A stretch of DNA of 64,000 nt, taken from NCBI RefSeq assembly GCF_963921235.1, contig NC_086098.1:6138001-6202000 (forward strand), written 5' to 3'. A program made the translations under genes and the position numbers. This stretch comes from Mobula hypostoma. Taxonomy: Eukaryota. The notes below the pieces were generated by a model. That model did not search any database. It was not told the origin of the DNA and worked only from the letters and a program-made list of their open reading frames with translations. Below are positions 24,871-36,957 of the stretch, piece by piece (the first letter of the stretch is position 1; each line of letters starts with the position of its first letter).

Positions 24871-25692
24871 CGTTAGTCGCGAGGAACATTGTTTCATTTG
24901 GTGGTATACTGTTCATGTATACAGTTGAATGGCAATAAAGACACGAACTAGTATCTTCTTATTTTTCTCTAAGCTGATTTCCTGTTCTTTGAGGGGGGGA
25001 TTAGAGTAGGGATGGAAGACCCTCAATCCTACAGGCAAAGGTTGTGAGTCTGTGGAAACGCACCTCTATTGTACCATAGGTGTTTTCAATGCCACGTCTG
25101 AGCTCCCTCTGCCCAAACTACACTGTTTAATATGTCACAGCCCTCTCGATAATTTTGGATGAAGTCGATGGGTATAGGGTACATCTCCTTGTTCAGGAAA
25201 ATTATTTCTAATCGGTGTTTGAGTGTAAAATGTGCAGATCTCCATTTCAGTGTCTCGAGGAGTGTTTAAACCATCCATTATTCCCAAAATTATTTTTGGC
25301 CTCATAGCATTAAGTGCCTCTTCATACCCTTGCCCCGTGTAACCCCATATGCTGTTATATAATTACTGATTTTTTGGAATATTAAGTGATTGCTGTGAGT
25401 TCTCTCCAGTGATTTGTCGGATATGGCTAGGCAAATTAATAGAATAATTTTATTTGTCACAAGAAAGCCTGAAATAAGACTTTGAAAGAGGCAGGCATGC
25501 AGACAATTCACAGTAACTTCTGAAATAATGAATGCATCATAATTTGTGATAATTAAACATTCATATATATAATTTATGAGCTGGGTTTATATGTCCCATT
25601 CAGCACTTATGAAATTAAAGTCAATAAAATCTGTGTAACTATGTATATAAATGTTATACTGTGTGATTGACTTCTCAATGAGTACTGGCCCT

Positions 25693-26170
25693 ACACACAC
25701 TGGCCATTTTATTAGGTACACCTGTACACCTGCTTCTTAATGCAAATATCTAATCAATCAATCGTGTGATATCAACTCAATGTATAAAAGCATGCAGACA
25801 TGTTCAAGAGGTTCAGTTATTGTTCAGACCAAACATCAGATTGGGGAAGAAATTTGACTGTGGAATGATTGTTGGTGCCAGACAGGGTGGTTTAAGTATC
25901 TCAGAAACTGCTGATCTCCTTGGATATTCACACACAACAGTCTCTAGAGTTTACAAGGAATGGTGTGAAAAACAAAAAAAAAAATCCAGTGAGTGGCAGT
26001 TCTATGAGCAAAAATACCTAATTAATGAGAGAGATCAGAGGAGAATGGCCAGACTGGTTCAAGCTGACAGGAAGGTGACAGTAACTCAAATAACCAGGCA
26101 TTACAACTGTGGGGTGCAGAAGAGCATCTCTGAATGTACAATACACCAAACCTTGAAGTGGATGGACTAC
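25693..26170 (+). pseudogene. Tc1-like transposase N-terminal (HTH) remnant with left TIR
   Basis: ORF 25766-26200: MIVGARQGGLSISETADLLGYSHTTVSRVYKEW..RRMARLVQADRKVTVTQIT; no DDE domain. Confidence 0.85.
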
Positions 26171-26688
26171 ACTAACCAGCCACTTTTTAGCGGCCATTGA
26201 ATGGACATTGGATCATGCGCTTAGAGAAAGTAATGCAAGGAATGTCACCAGACTGTGAAAGTGTTACGTGAGTAAAATAAAGGGTGTCTTTCACTTCCAA
26301 GAAGAGCCCATTCTGTGATTAGGTTTAAAGGTTCATGTATCATTATCAAAGCATGTATCCGTATATAGCTCTGAAATTTGTCTTCTGCAGATCACCACAA
26401 AACAAAGAAGGAACATGAAAGTGATTCAGAAAGAAACACTAAGCCCACCCCACGTCCCACAGAAAAAAGAATGGTATCCCGATCATAAATGCCCCCCCCC
26501 ACACCAGAAGGGATAAAGATCAAATTTATTACTGGCATAAGACCACAAGACCATAGGACATTGGTGCAGAAATAGGCCATCTGGGCCATCGAGTCTGCTC
26601 TGCCATGCAATCATGGCTGATCATTTTCTTCCCTCCTCTACCCCTCTCCCCAGAACTCTCCTGTAACCTCTGATACTGTGTCCAATCA

Positions 26689-27229
26689 AGTTTTTTTGAA
26701 GGATGTAATGCAATCCACAAGTACTCAGGGCCGGCGCTAAATGTTGAATCAGGATAAAGCTGGCCGTGTGTATGTGATGCAGGTAAAATAATACGGAGCA
26801 CAAATCAGCTTCTTGCACTGTGTTGCACAGCTATTAACAAAGCTGGGGAAGAAATCTTCCAATGCACTTCAATTCTAGTTTAATTGTCATTCAACCATAC
26901 ACAAATACCCATAAATACAGCCAAAATGAGCAACGTTAATCCAGCGCCAAGGTGCAAAAGGCAGTGCTAACAGTCACACAGCACATACAAGATAGAAAGC
27001 ACATGCAAGATATCAGTAAAATACAGAAAAAAATAGTCCAGACCATATTTCAACTTTGTGGTGGAAATACGCAGTCGACACAATACAGACTGACTACTGC
27101 CCTGGGGTGGGGGTGGGGGCAGCACTGACCCAGTCTGAATGCAGCTCCACTTCAACTCCAGTGGAGCGCACGGGCTGTGACACCTTCCCCTGGCGGCTGT
27201 AAACAGGTGACTCCACGGCTTGAGGCCAT
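26689..27229 (-). mobile_element. Composite retroposon: LINE-type tail plus about 170-bp 3' extension
   Basis: Inverted homolog at 54221-54754. Confidence 0.7.
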
Positions 27230-27249
27230 CGGGGTCCTACATAGAAGTA

Positions 27250-28120
27250 AGACCATGAGTCTATTCGACATCAGAGCAGAATTGGGCCATTTGACCTACG
27301 GAGTCTTCTCCACCATTCAATCATGGCTTATCCTCTTTTCCCCACCTCAGCCCCCCTGTCTGACCTTCTCCCCATAATTGTTGATCCCATGTACAATCAA
27401 GAAGCTATCAGTCTCTGCCTTATAAAAACCGAATGACCTGGCCCCCACAGCTACCTGTGGTAATACATTACACAAATTCTGGCTAAAGAAATTCCTCTGG
27501 ACCTCTGTTATAAATGATCTCCCCACATACCTGAGGCTGTGCCCTCTTGTCCTAGACTCCCCCAACATGGAAATACGCTTTCCACATCTACTCTATTGAG
27601 ACCTTTCAACATTCAAAAGGTTTCAATGAGATCTCCCCTTATCATTCTAAATTCCAGTGAGTTCAGACCCAGATCCATCAAACGTTACTCGTATGATAAC
27701 CCTTTCATTCCTGAAATTATTCTTGTGAACCTCCTCTGAACCCTCTCCAATGCCAGCACATCTTTTCTTTGATGAGGAGTCCAGAACTGTTCACAATACT
27801 TAGGGTGTTCTGCACATAGGCTCCCAAGTTCCTTTGCATTTCAAATTTTTGGATTTTCTCCCTATTTAGAAAAGAGTCTGCAGATTTATTTCTTCTACCA
27901 AAGTGCATGAACATGCATCTTCCAATATTGTATTTCATTTGCCACTTTCTTGCCCATTCTCCTAATCTAAGTCCTTCTACAGCCTTCCTGTTTCTTCAAC
28001 ACCACTTACCCCATCCAACAATCTTTGTATCATCTGCAATCTTGGCAACAAGCCTTCTATTCCATCATCTAAATCATTGATATTCAACATAAAAATAAGG
28101 GGTCACAACCCTGACCCCCT
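27250..28120 (-). mobile_element. Degenerate CR1 RT/3' fragment
   Basis: MLGESRTRGHSLR..RNFFSQ and MHFGRRNK motifs. Confidence 0.85.
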
Positions 28121-28171
28121 GTGAAGAAACTTTTACAGGCTCATGGACTTCTGGTTTTCCTCTTCTGAAGC

Positions 28172-28355
28172 CTACATCAGTCCCTTGGTCTTGCTGACAC
28201 TGAGTAAGTTGTTGTTGTTATGACACCACTCAGCCAAATTTTCAATCTCCTTCTTGTTTGCTGATTCATCCCCACTTTTAATACGGCCCACAACAGTGCT
28301 GTCATCAGCGAACTTAAATATGGTGTTGGAGCTGTACTTAGCCACACAGTCATAG
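28172..28355 (-). mobile_element. Rex1/Babar-type RT fragment
   Basis: DCVAKYSSNTIFKFADDSTVVGRI..LAEWC..SKTK. Confidence 0.8.
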
Positions 28356-28567
28356 TGTGGGTGACACTGGGCACAGGAATGTCTGTACATAAGGTGGCTG
28401 ACAGGAAATGATAGTCCTGCTGGTGGGGGTGGGTGATGGAGAACATTTGACATTGAAAACTCTTATGTTGTATCAATACCTTCCCAGGCACAGAAGTTTA
28501 AAACAGAATCGTAATTGTTGTCAGTTATTTTCTTCGTAAAGTTCAAAGTAAATATATTATCAAAGTA

Positions 28568-28879
28568 AAGGCATCCGTTAGTCTTGCGAGACCATGGACC
28601 TGCGCCTGGAAAGTCTTCACTCTCCAGGACGCAGGCCTGGGCAAGGTTGTATGGAAGACTAGCAGTTGCCCATGCTGCAAGTCTCCCCTCTCCATGACAC
28701 CAATGTTGTCCAAGGGAAGGGCATTAGGACCCATACAGCTTGGCACCGGTGTCATCGCAGAGCAATGTGTGATTAAGTGCCTTGCTCAAGGACACAACAC
28801 GTTCCCTCGGTTGGGGTTCGAACTCACGACCTTCAGGTCGCTAGTCCAATGCCTTAACCACTTGGCCACGTGCCCACAC
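28568..28879 (-). mobile_element. Full-length tRNA-derived SINE with CORE-like domain
   Basis: A box TGGCCAAGTGG, B box GTTCGAACC, tgtgtccttgagcaaggcacttaa; perfect 12-bp TSD attatcaaagta at 28556-28567 and 28880-28891. Confidence 0.9.
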
Positions 28880-30167
28880 ATTATCAAAGTACTTATATAT
28901 CATCATATACAACCCTGAGATTCATGTTATTGCAGGCATACTCAACAAATCCATAATAGAATAATAACCATAACAGAGTCAATGAAAGACTACCCCTTAC
29001 TTGGATGTGCAAAAGACAACAATATGTGCAAATACAAAAACAAAGAAATATTAATAATGAATAAATAAGCAATAAGTATTGAGAATATGAGATGAAGAGC
29101 CCTTGAAGGTGAGTCCATGGGTGGTGGGAACATTTCAATGCTGGGTGAAATTATCCCGTCTGGATCGAGAGCTTGATGGTTGAGGGGTAGTAACTATTCC
29201 CAAACCTGGTGGTGTGAGTATTGAGGCTCCTGTACCTTCTACCTGCTGGCAGTAGAGAGGATGAGAGCATGACCTGGACGGTGGGGTTCCTGATGATGGA
29301 AGGATTTGGACTTATCCTAATTCTTCTCTGAGTTAGCTGCTACTCCAGCAAAGTACCTCCAGCCAAAAAACATTTCATTAACATCTATTTTAACAGTAAG
29401 CCTGGTGGCACAGCAAGGCGGCAAGCTGCTGTCTTAGCTTCCAGCAACCAGGTCCTATCCTGACGTCTGGTGCTGTGTGTCAGAAGCTTGCGAATGCTTT
29501 CTGTGAGCACGTGAGCTTCCCTCACACATCCCAAAGACATGCCTGTTTGGTTCTCTGACGGTTGTAAATTATGCCTTCATGTCGAAGAATCAAAGAGGAG
29601 CTAATATATGAGAGAGTAATTTGCAGGGGCACAGGAAGTTAAGGAGAAGGGAAATTGGACTGTTGATATTGTTGTGCTGGTAACCAGCCAAGGATTCAAA
29701 GGCCAACTGGCTGCCTTCTGTGCCACAAGTAAGATTCTTGGTAACAACAAGTGTAATTAGATATTCCTTCACCTCAGTCCTATTATCACCAATCTCAATT
29801 ATAACATGATATTCTTAGGAATTATCCAGTATTTATAATTATGTAGATCATAACACTAAGGTATTTATGAATTTGTAATAACTTTAAGTGCAAATAAATG
29901 TATTTCCTTACTTGAGTGCTTTGTGTTCTCAGCCTTGCTACATGGGTGATTTGAAGCCTATTGTCTTGATGATTTCATTATCAGCTCCTTAACCAAGTTC
30001 AGGTGCTTATGAACTTGGCCCACAGGTTTCCAGCATCTCATGCAAAAAGCCAGACTTGGAATAAGCATTCTCTCTGTTTCTAATTTTCCAGTACCAATTG
30101 TTAAGTGTTTTACACCTGAAATAATGAATGCCATTTGTGGAGATGGGGAGCTAATTTCAAACTGACA

Positions 30168-30765
30168 GCACAAGAGATTCTGCAGGAGCTCAGCAAGTCA
30201 GACAGCATCCATGGAAATGAATAAACAGTCGATGTTTTAGACAGAACCATCATCAGGACTGGAAGGGAAGGGGAAGAAGCCACAACAAAAAGTTTGGAGG
30301 AGAGGAAGGAGGACTAGTTAGAAGGTAACACACACAAAATGCTGGAGGAACTCAGCAGGCAGCATCAAAAGAAAAGAGTAAACACTCTACGTTTTGAGCC
30401 AAGACCCTTCATCAGGACCTGTTTTCCACTAATGCTGCCTGACCTGCTGAGTTCCTCCAGCATTTTGCGTGTGTTGTTCCGGATTTTCAGCAACTGCAGA
30501 ATCTCTTGCTAGTTAGAGGGCGATAGGTGAAGTTAGGTGGGTGGAAAAGGTAAAGGGCTGGAGAGGAAGGAATCTGATAGGAGAGGAGAGTGGATCATGG
30601 GGAAAGGGAGGAAGGAGGGGCACTGGGGGAGATGATTGGCAAGTGAGGGGAATAGGTAAAAGGTCAGAGTGAGGAATTGAAGTAGCGAGGAGGGTGGGGG
30701 AAATTACTGGAAGGAGAAGTCAATGTTTATGCCATTAGATTGGAGGTTACCCTGATGGAATATGC
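30168..30765 (-). mobile_element. Penelope-like fragment containing a nested fold-back copy (30327-30508)
   Basis: Nested hairpin flanked by ctagttaga(a/g)gg(t/c) at 30314-30326 and 30509-30521. Confidence 0.75.
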
Positions 30766-31059
30766 ATGCTTATGCACCATTTAACACAAATTCATTGTGT
30801 AGATATTTCAATAACTGCGGAAGCCTGGGTCTGCAGGTCTCTATGACTTCACCAGGGAAAACGAAGCCCAGTATCTGTGAATCCTCAAGTCCTGGGGCTG
30901 GGGGACTGTGTTAGTGTGTGAGTGGATGGGAGGGAGGAACAGGGCTTGTTTTGCTGCTGTTGTTTTTGTCGTGTTCTGTGTTGCTCTTTTAAACATTATG
31001 GGTATACTGTGTAGGTGCTGGAATGTATGGCCAGACTTGCAGGTGGCCCCCATCACAAA

Positions 31060-31492
31060 GAATCATAGAGTCATCGAAAAGTACAGCAGAGAACTCGGCC
31101 TTTTGGACCAACTATTCCGTGCCAAGCCATTTAAACTGTCTACTCCCAATGATCTGCGCCATGACCAAAGCTCTCCATACCCCTACCCTCTCACAGCCCT
31201 CTGAGTGAAGAAATTTCCCCTCATGTTATGCACCCATAACCCATGACCTCTAGTTGCCCTCCCACCCAAGCTCAGTGGAAAAAGCCTGCTTGCACTTACC
31301 CTATCTATACCTCTCATAATTTTGTATACCTCTGTCAAATCTCCTCTCAGTCTTCTAGATTCCAAGGGATAAAGTCCTAATCTATGTGATTTTTCCTTAT
31401 AACTCAGGTCCTCTAGACCCGGCAACATCCTTGGAAGTTTTCGCTGGATTCCTTCAAACTTGTTTACATCTTTCCTGTAGGTAGGTGACCAG
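31060..31492 (-). mobile_element. CR1 3' fragment
   Basis: MLPGLEDLSY..RRLRGDL..RGNFFTQR. Confidence 0.85.
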
Positions 31493-31735
31493 AGCGATAG
31501 GATTTAACAAATATTTAGAAATCCAGCATGGTAATAGGCCCAATGAGCCCACACCAGCCAATTACACCATATGACCAATTAACTGACTAACCTGTACGTC
31601 TTCGCAACGTGGGAGAAACCTGGAGCACCCGGTGGAGACCCACGCGGTCATGGGAGAACATACAAACTCCTTACATACAGAGATCACTGCTGTAATAAAA
31701 GCATTAAACTAGCTTCAAAAGTAAATGAATGTGCG

Positions 31736-32274
31736 ACTCTATGAAGCTCTGTTTAGACCACACTTGGAATATTGTTCTGCCCGCCTCATTATAGGAAGGA
31801 TGTGGAGGCCTTAGAGAGGGTGCAGAGGAGATTTACCAGGATGCTGCCTTATGAGGATAGATTAAGCAAACAAAGGTTTTTCTCTTGGGAGAGAAGGGGG
31901 GCGAGAGGTGATTTGATAGAGTTGTGGAAGATGATAAGAGACATAGATCAATCTGATAGCTAGACAATTTTCTCTGAGGCTGGAAATGGCTAATACAAAG
32001 GTGGGGGGGCATAATTTTAAGATGATTAGAGAAAAGTATATGGGGGTGTGAGAAGCAGTTTTTTTTTTACACAGAGGCTGGTGAGTGCATGGAATATGTT
32101 GCCAGCGGCGGTTCTGGAGGCAGATACAATAGACAGTATTTAAGAGACTCCTAGATGAGTTGGAAACAATGGAGGCTACGTAGGAAGGGTTGGATTGATC
32201 TTATAGTAGGTTAAAAGGTCTGCACAACTGTATGAGCCAATGGGCTCTGTTGTAGTGTTCTATATTCTATGTTC
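31736..32274 (+). mobile_element. CR1 3' fragment
   Basis: PHYRKDVEALERVQRRFTRML; (ttctat)-type tail. Confidence 0.85.
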
Positions 32275-32952
32275 TTTGCTATGGTACTGTCCCACGCCTA
32301 AATGGATACCGTACTAAATTCAATGTTACCGCATCAAATGTCATCCTTTATAACATCACAACTATATAAACTATATGTATTAGGTGTATTTTAAGTAGAG
32401 TTTGATAGGTTCTTGATCAGTCAGGGTGCCAAAAGTTTCAGGAGGAAGGTATGACAATGTGGTTGGGAGGGATAATAAACCAACCATTTTGAAATGACGG
32501 AGAGACTCAGTGAGCCGGATGGGCAATATTCTGCTCCTAAGTTTTATGGTCTTACAAACTTGTTAAATATTTATGCAGCTCAATTACCAGAATCATCAGC
32601 AGAGAAATATGAACGTTACCTTTATTTAGTTTTTTTCCCCCAGTTGTTACAGTCAATTTCTCTGCACTTTGCTGTCTGTTGGCAATACAAAGTAAAACAG
32701 GCCACATATTGACAGCTCAGATGGGAGTAGAAATACATCATATTCAAACAGTTAATTAAAGAATTCAGCCATGAAAACAAATTTTACAGCTTTGTAGCAT
32801 TTCTGCTGCAACAAATAAATCACTTTGCTCCAGCAACACATCTTTGTAACGAAGATGCAAAAATATGTACAACCTCTCCAATTGTACCGTGGACAATGAG
32901 TAACAGTTCCATTACACACAAGAGCTTCTGTAGATGATGGAAGTCTAGACCA

Positions 32953-33345
32953 CCACACACAAAATGCTGGAGGAACTCAGCAGGTCAGGCAGTATCTATG
33001 GAAATGAAAGAACAGTCAACATTTTGGGCCAAGACCCTTCATCAAGATTGGAAAGGAAATAGGAATATGCCAGATTCTGAAGGTGATGGGTGAGGTGGGG
33101 AAGGAATACAAGCTAAAAGATGAGAAGTGAAGCCAGGTGGGTGGGGGGGGGGGAATAAAGTAAGAAGCTGGGGGATGATAGGTGGAAAAGGCAAAGGGTT
33201 GAAGAAGGAGGAATCTGATAGGAGGCCAGAATGGACTAAGGGAGAAAGGGAAGGAGGAAGGGTAACAGTGGGAAGTAATAGGCAGATGTGGAGAAGAGGT
33301 AAGAGAGCAGAGTGAGGAATTGAAGAAGAGTGAGAGGTTAGAGTT
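32953..33345 (-). mobile_element. Penelope-like terminal repeat fragment
   Basis: cacaaaatgctggaggaactcagcaggtcagg motif and degenerate hammerhead at 33013-33048. Confidence 0.75.
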
Positions 33346-33759
33346 TCACTAGATCCTTCTCCAAAGATCGTTACCTTGTCAGGGTGGAGAGCTTTGTGAG
33401 TTCTTAAGATCCAGAGAATGATGCTGCCTAGTAGGGTCACCCATGGTGGTAAGATCAAGGGGGAGATTCCAGACAAAGAGTGATCCAATCAAGTCCTCAT
33501 CGGTGGAGCTGGCGGAAGATGACAAAACATCACAACGGCAGTGAAGAAGGAGGAAGGATGCTGCAGTGAAGGGTCCCCAGTCATCTTGCATTCCATCAAG
33601 GACCATGTGGTGATTGTCCATGCATGAGCCTCCCCATATTAAAGAAAATCACGCACAGGCATTCTCAGTTAAGAGGATAACCTTTGGTGATGACATCATA
33701 CTCAATTTGACTGATCGTATTATTAGTTCTATTAAAATATAGCTTTCAATGTTTAAGAA

Positions 33760-34552
33760 AAATACATCAAAACTCACAGAGTCCATTCTATGTAGGAATA
33801 TTCACCCAATGGCTGAAAATAGGTAAATCAAATTAAATAATGGAATAAATACTAGATAAGGTAATGAAAGAAAGTGCAAAGACAGGATTGACCAACAACT
33901 GCAAGAAGACCGATTGGATGGTTGTCACAAAGCAGATAGAAATACAGAAATGCAAACTGAAAGTGGGCAATGAAACAATTAAACAAACATCGAATTTCAA
34001 TTAGGGAGACGTAGGGCTAATGTTGAAAATAGAAGAAAGGATTGGGATTGCTAAATGCACGTTCATGTGTTTGAGCAAGTTACTAAAGAATAAGATAATT
34101 TCTATGGGAATGAAACTCAGAATGTTGCAGTGCTATGTTCATTCCTAATAGGGAAGTGAATGTTGGACTATATAACAGCAAAATGAGGGAAGACTCAAAG
34201 CTTCAGAAATGTGGGCTTTGAGAAGAATGACTAAAACATCGTGGAAGGAGAGAGTAACAAATGAGGAAGTGTTGCGAAAATCCAGAATAAGCAGAGAGCA
34301 GGTATCATCAATCAAATACCAGCAGCTGGACTTTCTGGGATATGTACTGAGGAAAGAGAAGTTCGATCATCTTGCAGTGATGGGAAAATTTGATGGAACA
34401 AAACGTCACGGTCGACAGTGCATGACATTCATGAATTACATCAAGGGATGGACAGGCAAAAGTTTTGAAGAGTGTATTCGAACTTTTCAGATTAAAGACA
34501 ATTGGAAGACTGTGATCACCCATGTCATACAACGTGGCACATAATAATGATG
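33760..34552 (+). mobile_element. RTE-clade LINE 3' part (RT C-terminus)
   Basis: ORF 34209-34544 MWALRRMTKTSWKERVTNEEVL..FLGYVLRKE..MGKFDGTKRHGRQ; upstream RRRIGIAK motif. Confidence 0.85.
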
Positions 34553-34919
34553 AGTGATGTTTCTCAGCTTCCCTCAAAAACCACTTCTCAAGATTGACAA
34601 GGATTTCTTCATTCCTAATTACTGCCAATAGTACTATTTTAGAGCACACTAACATGGAATTTTTGGTGGTATTCTAGATTGCCTAGAAAAATGAGCATTA
34701 GCATTGTTTATATTGAAAGGAACCAATGGACACTTGACAATCAGCAGGGTCCTTTATATTGAAATGTATGATAGGCCTTCCAGAACACAAAGGGAGAAAA
34801 GGAGGGTTGTATCTCTTTCTAAGCAAGCAAGAGTTGAACAACAGATAACCTATTCAGTCAAGGCTAGGGAAATGGAAGTTCTGCTATAAGTGAGTCAAAA
34901 TACTTATCGAAGTATGTAT

Positions 34920-35430
34920 ATCATTGGCCAATCCTGTACCTAATAAAGTAGCCACTGAGTGGATGTTTGTGGTCTTTTGTTGCTGCAGCTTATCATTTCA
35001 AGGTTTGATGTTTTTGTATGTTTAGAGATGCTTTTCTGCACATTGCTGTTGCTATACGTGTTTAGTTGAGTTACTGTCAGCTTGAACCAATCTGGCCATT
35101 CTCCTCTGACCTCTCTCATTAACAAGATGTTTTCACCCACAAAACTGTCACAGATTTTCTTTTTGTTTTTTTTTTATCACACCATTCTCTGTAAACTCTA
35201 GAGAAGGTTGAAAATCCCAGGAGATCAGCAGGTACTGAGATGCTCAATCCACCCTATCTAGCACCAACAATCAGTACATGGCGGAAGTCACTTAGATCAC
35301 ATAACTTTCCTGTTCTGATATTTAGTCTGAACAGCAACCGAACCTCTTGACCATGTCTGCATGCTTTTATTCATTGAGCTGCTGCCATGTGAATGACTGA
35401 TTAGATATTTACATTAATGAGCAGGTGCCA
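34920..35430 (-). mobile_element. Tc1-like deletion derivative
   Basis: TIR remnant tgtacctaataaagtagccactgagtg; collinear with 5162-5699 and 54807-55346. Confidence 0.8.
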
Positions 35431-36009
35431 CAGTGGTTACTTAATGTATATGTCACCATCTATGTATTCCCTTCCAATTTGGTTTCTCAAAGGCATTTAC
35501 AGGAAACTAAAGAAATATGTCACCATCTGAAACATGCTCTCTTCTCATTACTACCATCAGGGAGGAGGTTCAGGAGCCTGAAGACCCAAGCTCAATGTTT
35601 TAGTAATAGTTTCTTCTTTGTCACCATTGGATTCCTGAACGATCCATGAACCCATGAATCCTACGTCATTTTCCACTTTTTTTTCCCGTTTATTATTTGT
35701 TGTAATCTATAGATTGTTATGTTGTTAATTCTGCTGTGAAACAACAGATTTCAGGTTATACGTCAGGGAGAATAAATGTGATTCTGATTATACTGAAAAT
35801 ATATTAAATATCTAAATCAACCTCCCCAACCGTCTGGTATTTCTACCTCTCACCTCCCAGGTTCCCAGTTTGTCATCGCCCCTTCCCCACTCAGATAGCT
35901 TCATCTATCGCAAACAACAGGAATTCTGCAGATGCTGGAAATTCAAGCAACACACGTCAAAGTTGCTGGTGAACGCAGCAGGCCAGGCAGCATCTGTAGG
36001 AAGAGGTAC

Positions 36010-36046
36010 AGTTGACGTTTCAGGCTGAGACCCTTCGTCAGGACTG
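36010..36046 (-). ncRNA. Minimal hammerhead ribozyme motif
   Basis: cagtc-CTGACGA-A-GGG-tctcag-CCT-GAAA-CGTC-aactg. Confidence 0.65.
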
Positions 36047-36076
36047 ACGAAGGGTCTCGGCCCGAAACATCGACTG
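36044..36076 (+). ncRNA. Minimal hammerhead ribozyme motif (stem I 5' arm lost)
   Basis: CTGACGA-A-GGG-tctcgg-CCC-GAAA-CATC-gactg. Confidence 0.55.
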
Positions 36077-36957
36077 TACCTCATCCTAGAGATGCTGCCT
36101 GGCTGCTGCATTCACCAGCAACTTTGATGTGTGTAGCTTCATCTATCCTTGTTTTTCTTTCTTCCTGTTTCTTTCTTTCTTCCTCCCTTTTTTGCTCTCT
36201 TTTTGCACCATTATACATACATATATATATATACATAGCAAGAGTGCCTAAGACTTTTGCACAGTGATGTATTTGTCAATGTAAAGCAGAGAGCAGGAGT
36301 GGGAGAGAAGGAGTGTCACGTGTAGACACACCCAGCCCTGAAACACCAGGCAAAGTCCGCTGACTCCAAACAATTGGTTTACTGATCATCCCTGGTGCTT
36401 CCCACACCCGCCCCTCTCCTTTCACCTCTTCCCAACCATGATTGCATTGTCCTTGCCCCCTTCCCACTCTCAGTCCACAATAGAGACCCGTATCAGAATC
36501 AGGTTTATCATCACAGATGCGTGTCATGGGATTTGTGTTTTTTTTTGCAGTGTATGCCAATGATAATAAGCCTGATTCTTATTCTGTATCAGATTCTGAT
36601 TCATCGTTCAGCTTGTACTCCTTCCCCTTCCCCCACCTTCTCATTCTGGCTTTGTTGGCATTTCCTTTCCAGTTCTGAGGAAGGATTTTGATTCCAGTTG
36701 TTTGGAATCAAATGACCTTGCCTGATATTCTGGAGCTGGGTGTGTCTGCACCCACACCAGACCCCACCCTTGGCACTCCTTTCCCAAGCCCCTCACCCTC
36801 ACCATTCTGTACATCCTTTGCTCCAGCTGGATTTACAAAGTCACTCTTCAAAATGTCAATTGCTTATTCCCCTCCATAGATGCTGCTTGACCTGCTGAGT
36901 TCCTCCAGCATTTTGTGCGTGTAGCTCTAGATTTCCAGTATCTGCAGAATCTCTTAG

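Larger units (their letters stand above)
35910..36133. mobile_element. Penelope-derived near-perfect palindrome with a hammerhead core on each strand
   Basis: About 90-bp arms around a 2-nt spacer (36042-36043); perfect 14-bp TSD tagcttcatctatc at 35896-35909 and 36134-36147. Confidence 0.9.

Noticed and set aside
28810..28879. tRNA-like sequence
   Set aside because: It is a SINE head with A/B boxes, followed by a CORE-like body and bounded by a TSD.
29911..30115. Minus-strand AG..GT-bounded exon candidate
   Set aside because: Stop codons occur in all three frames and there is no recognisable protein; a non-coding exon cannot be supported without RNA data.
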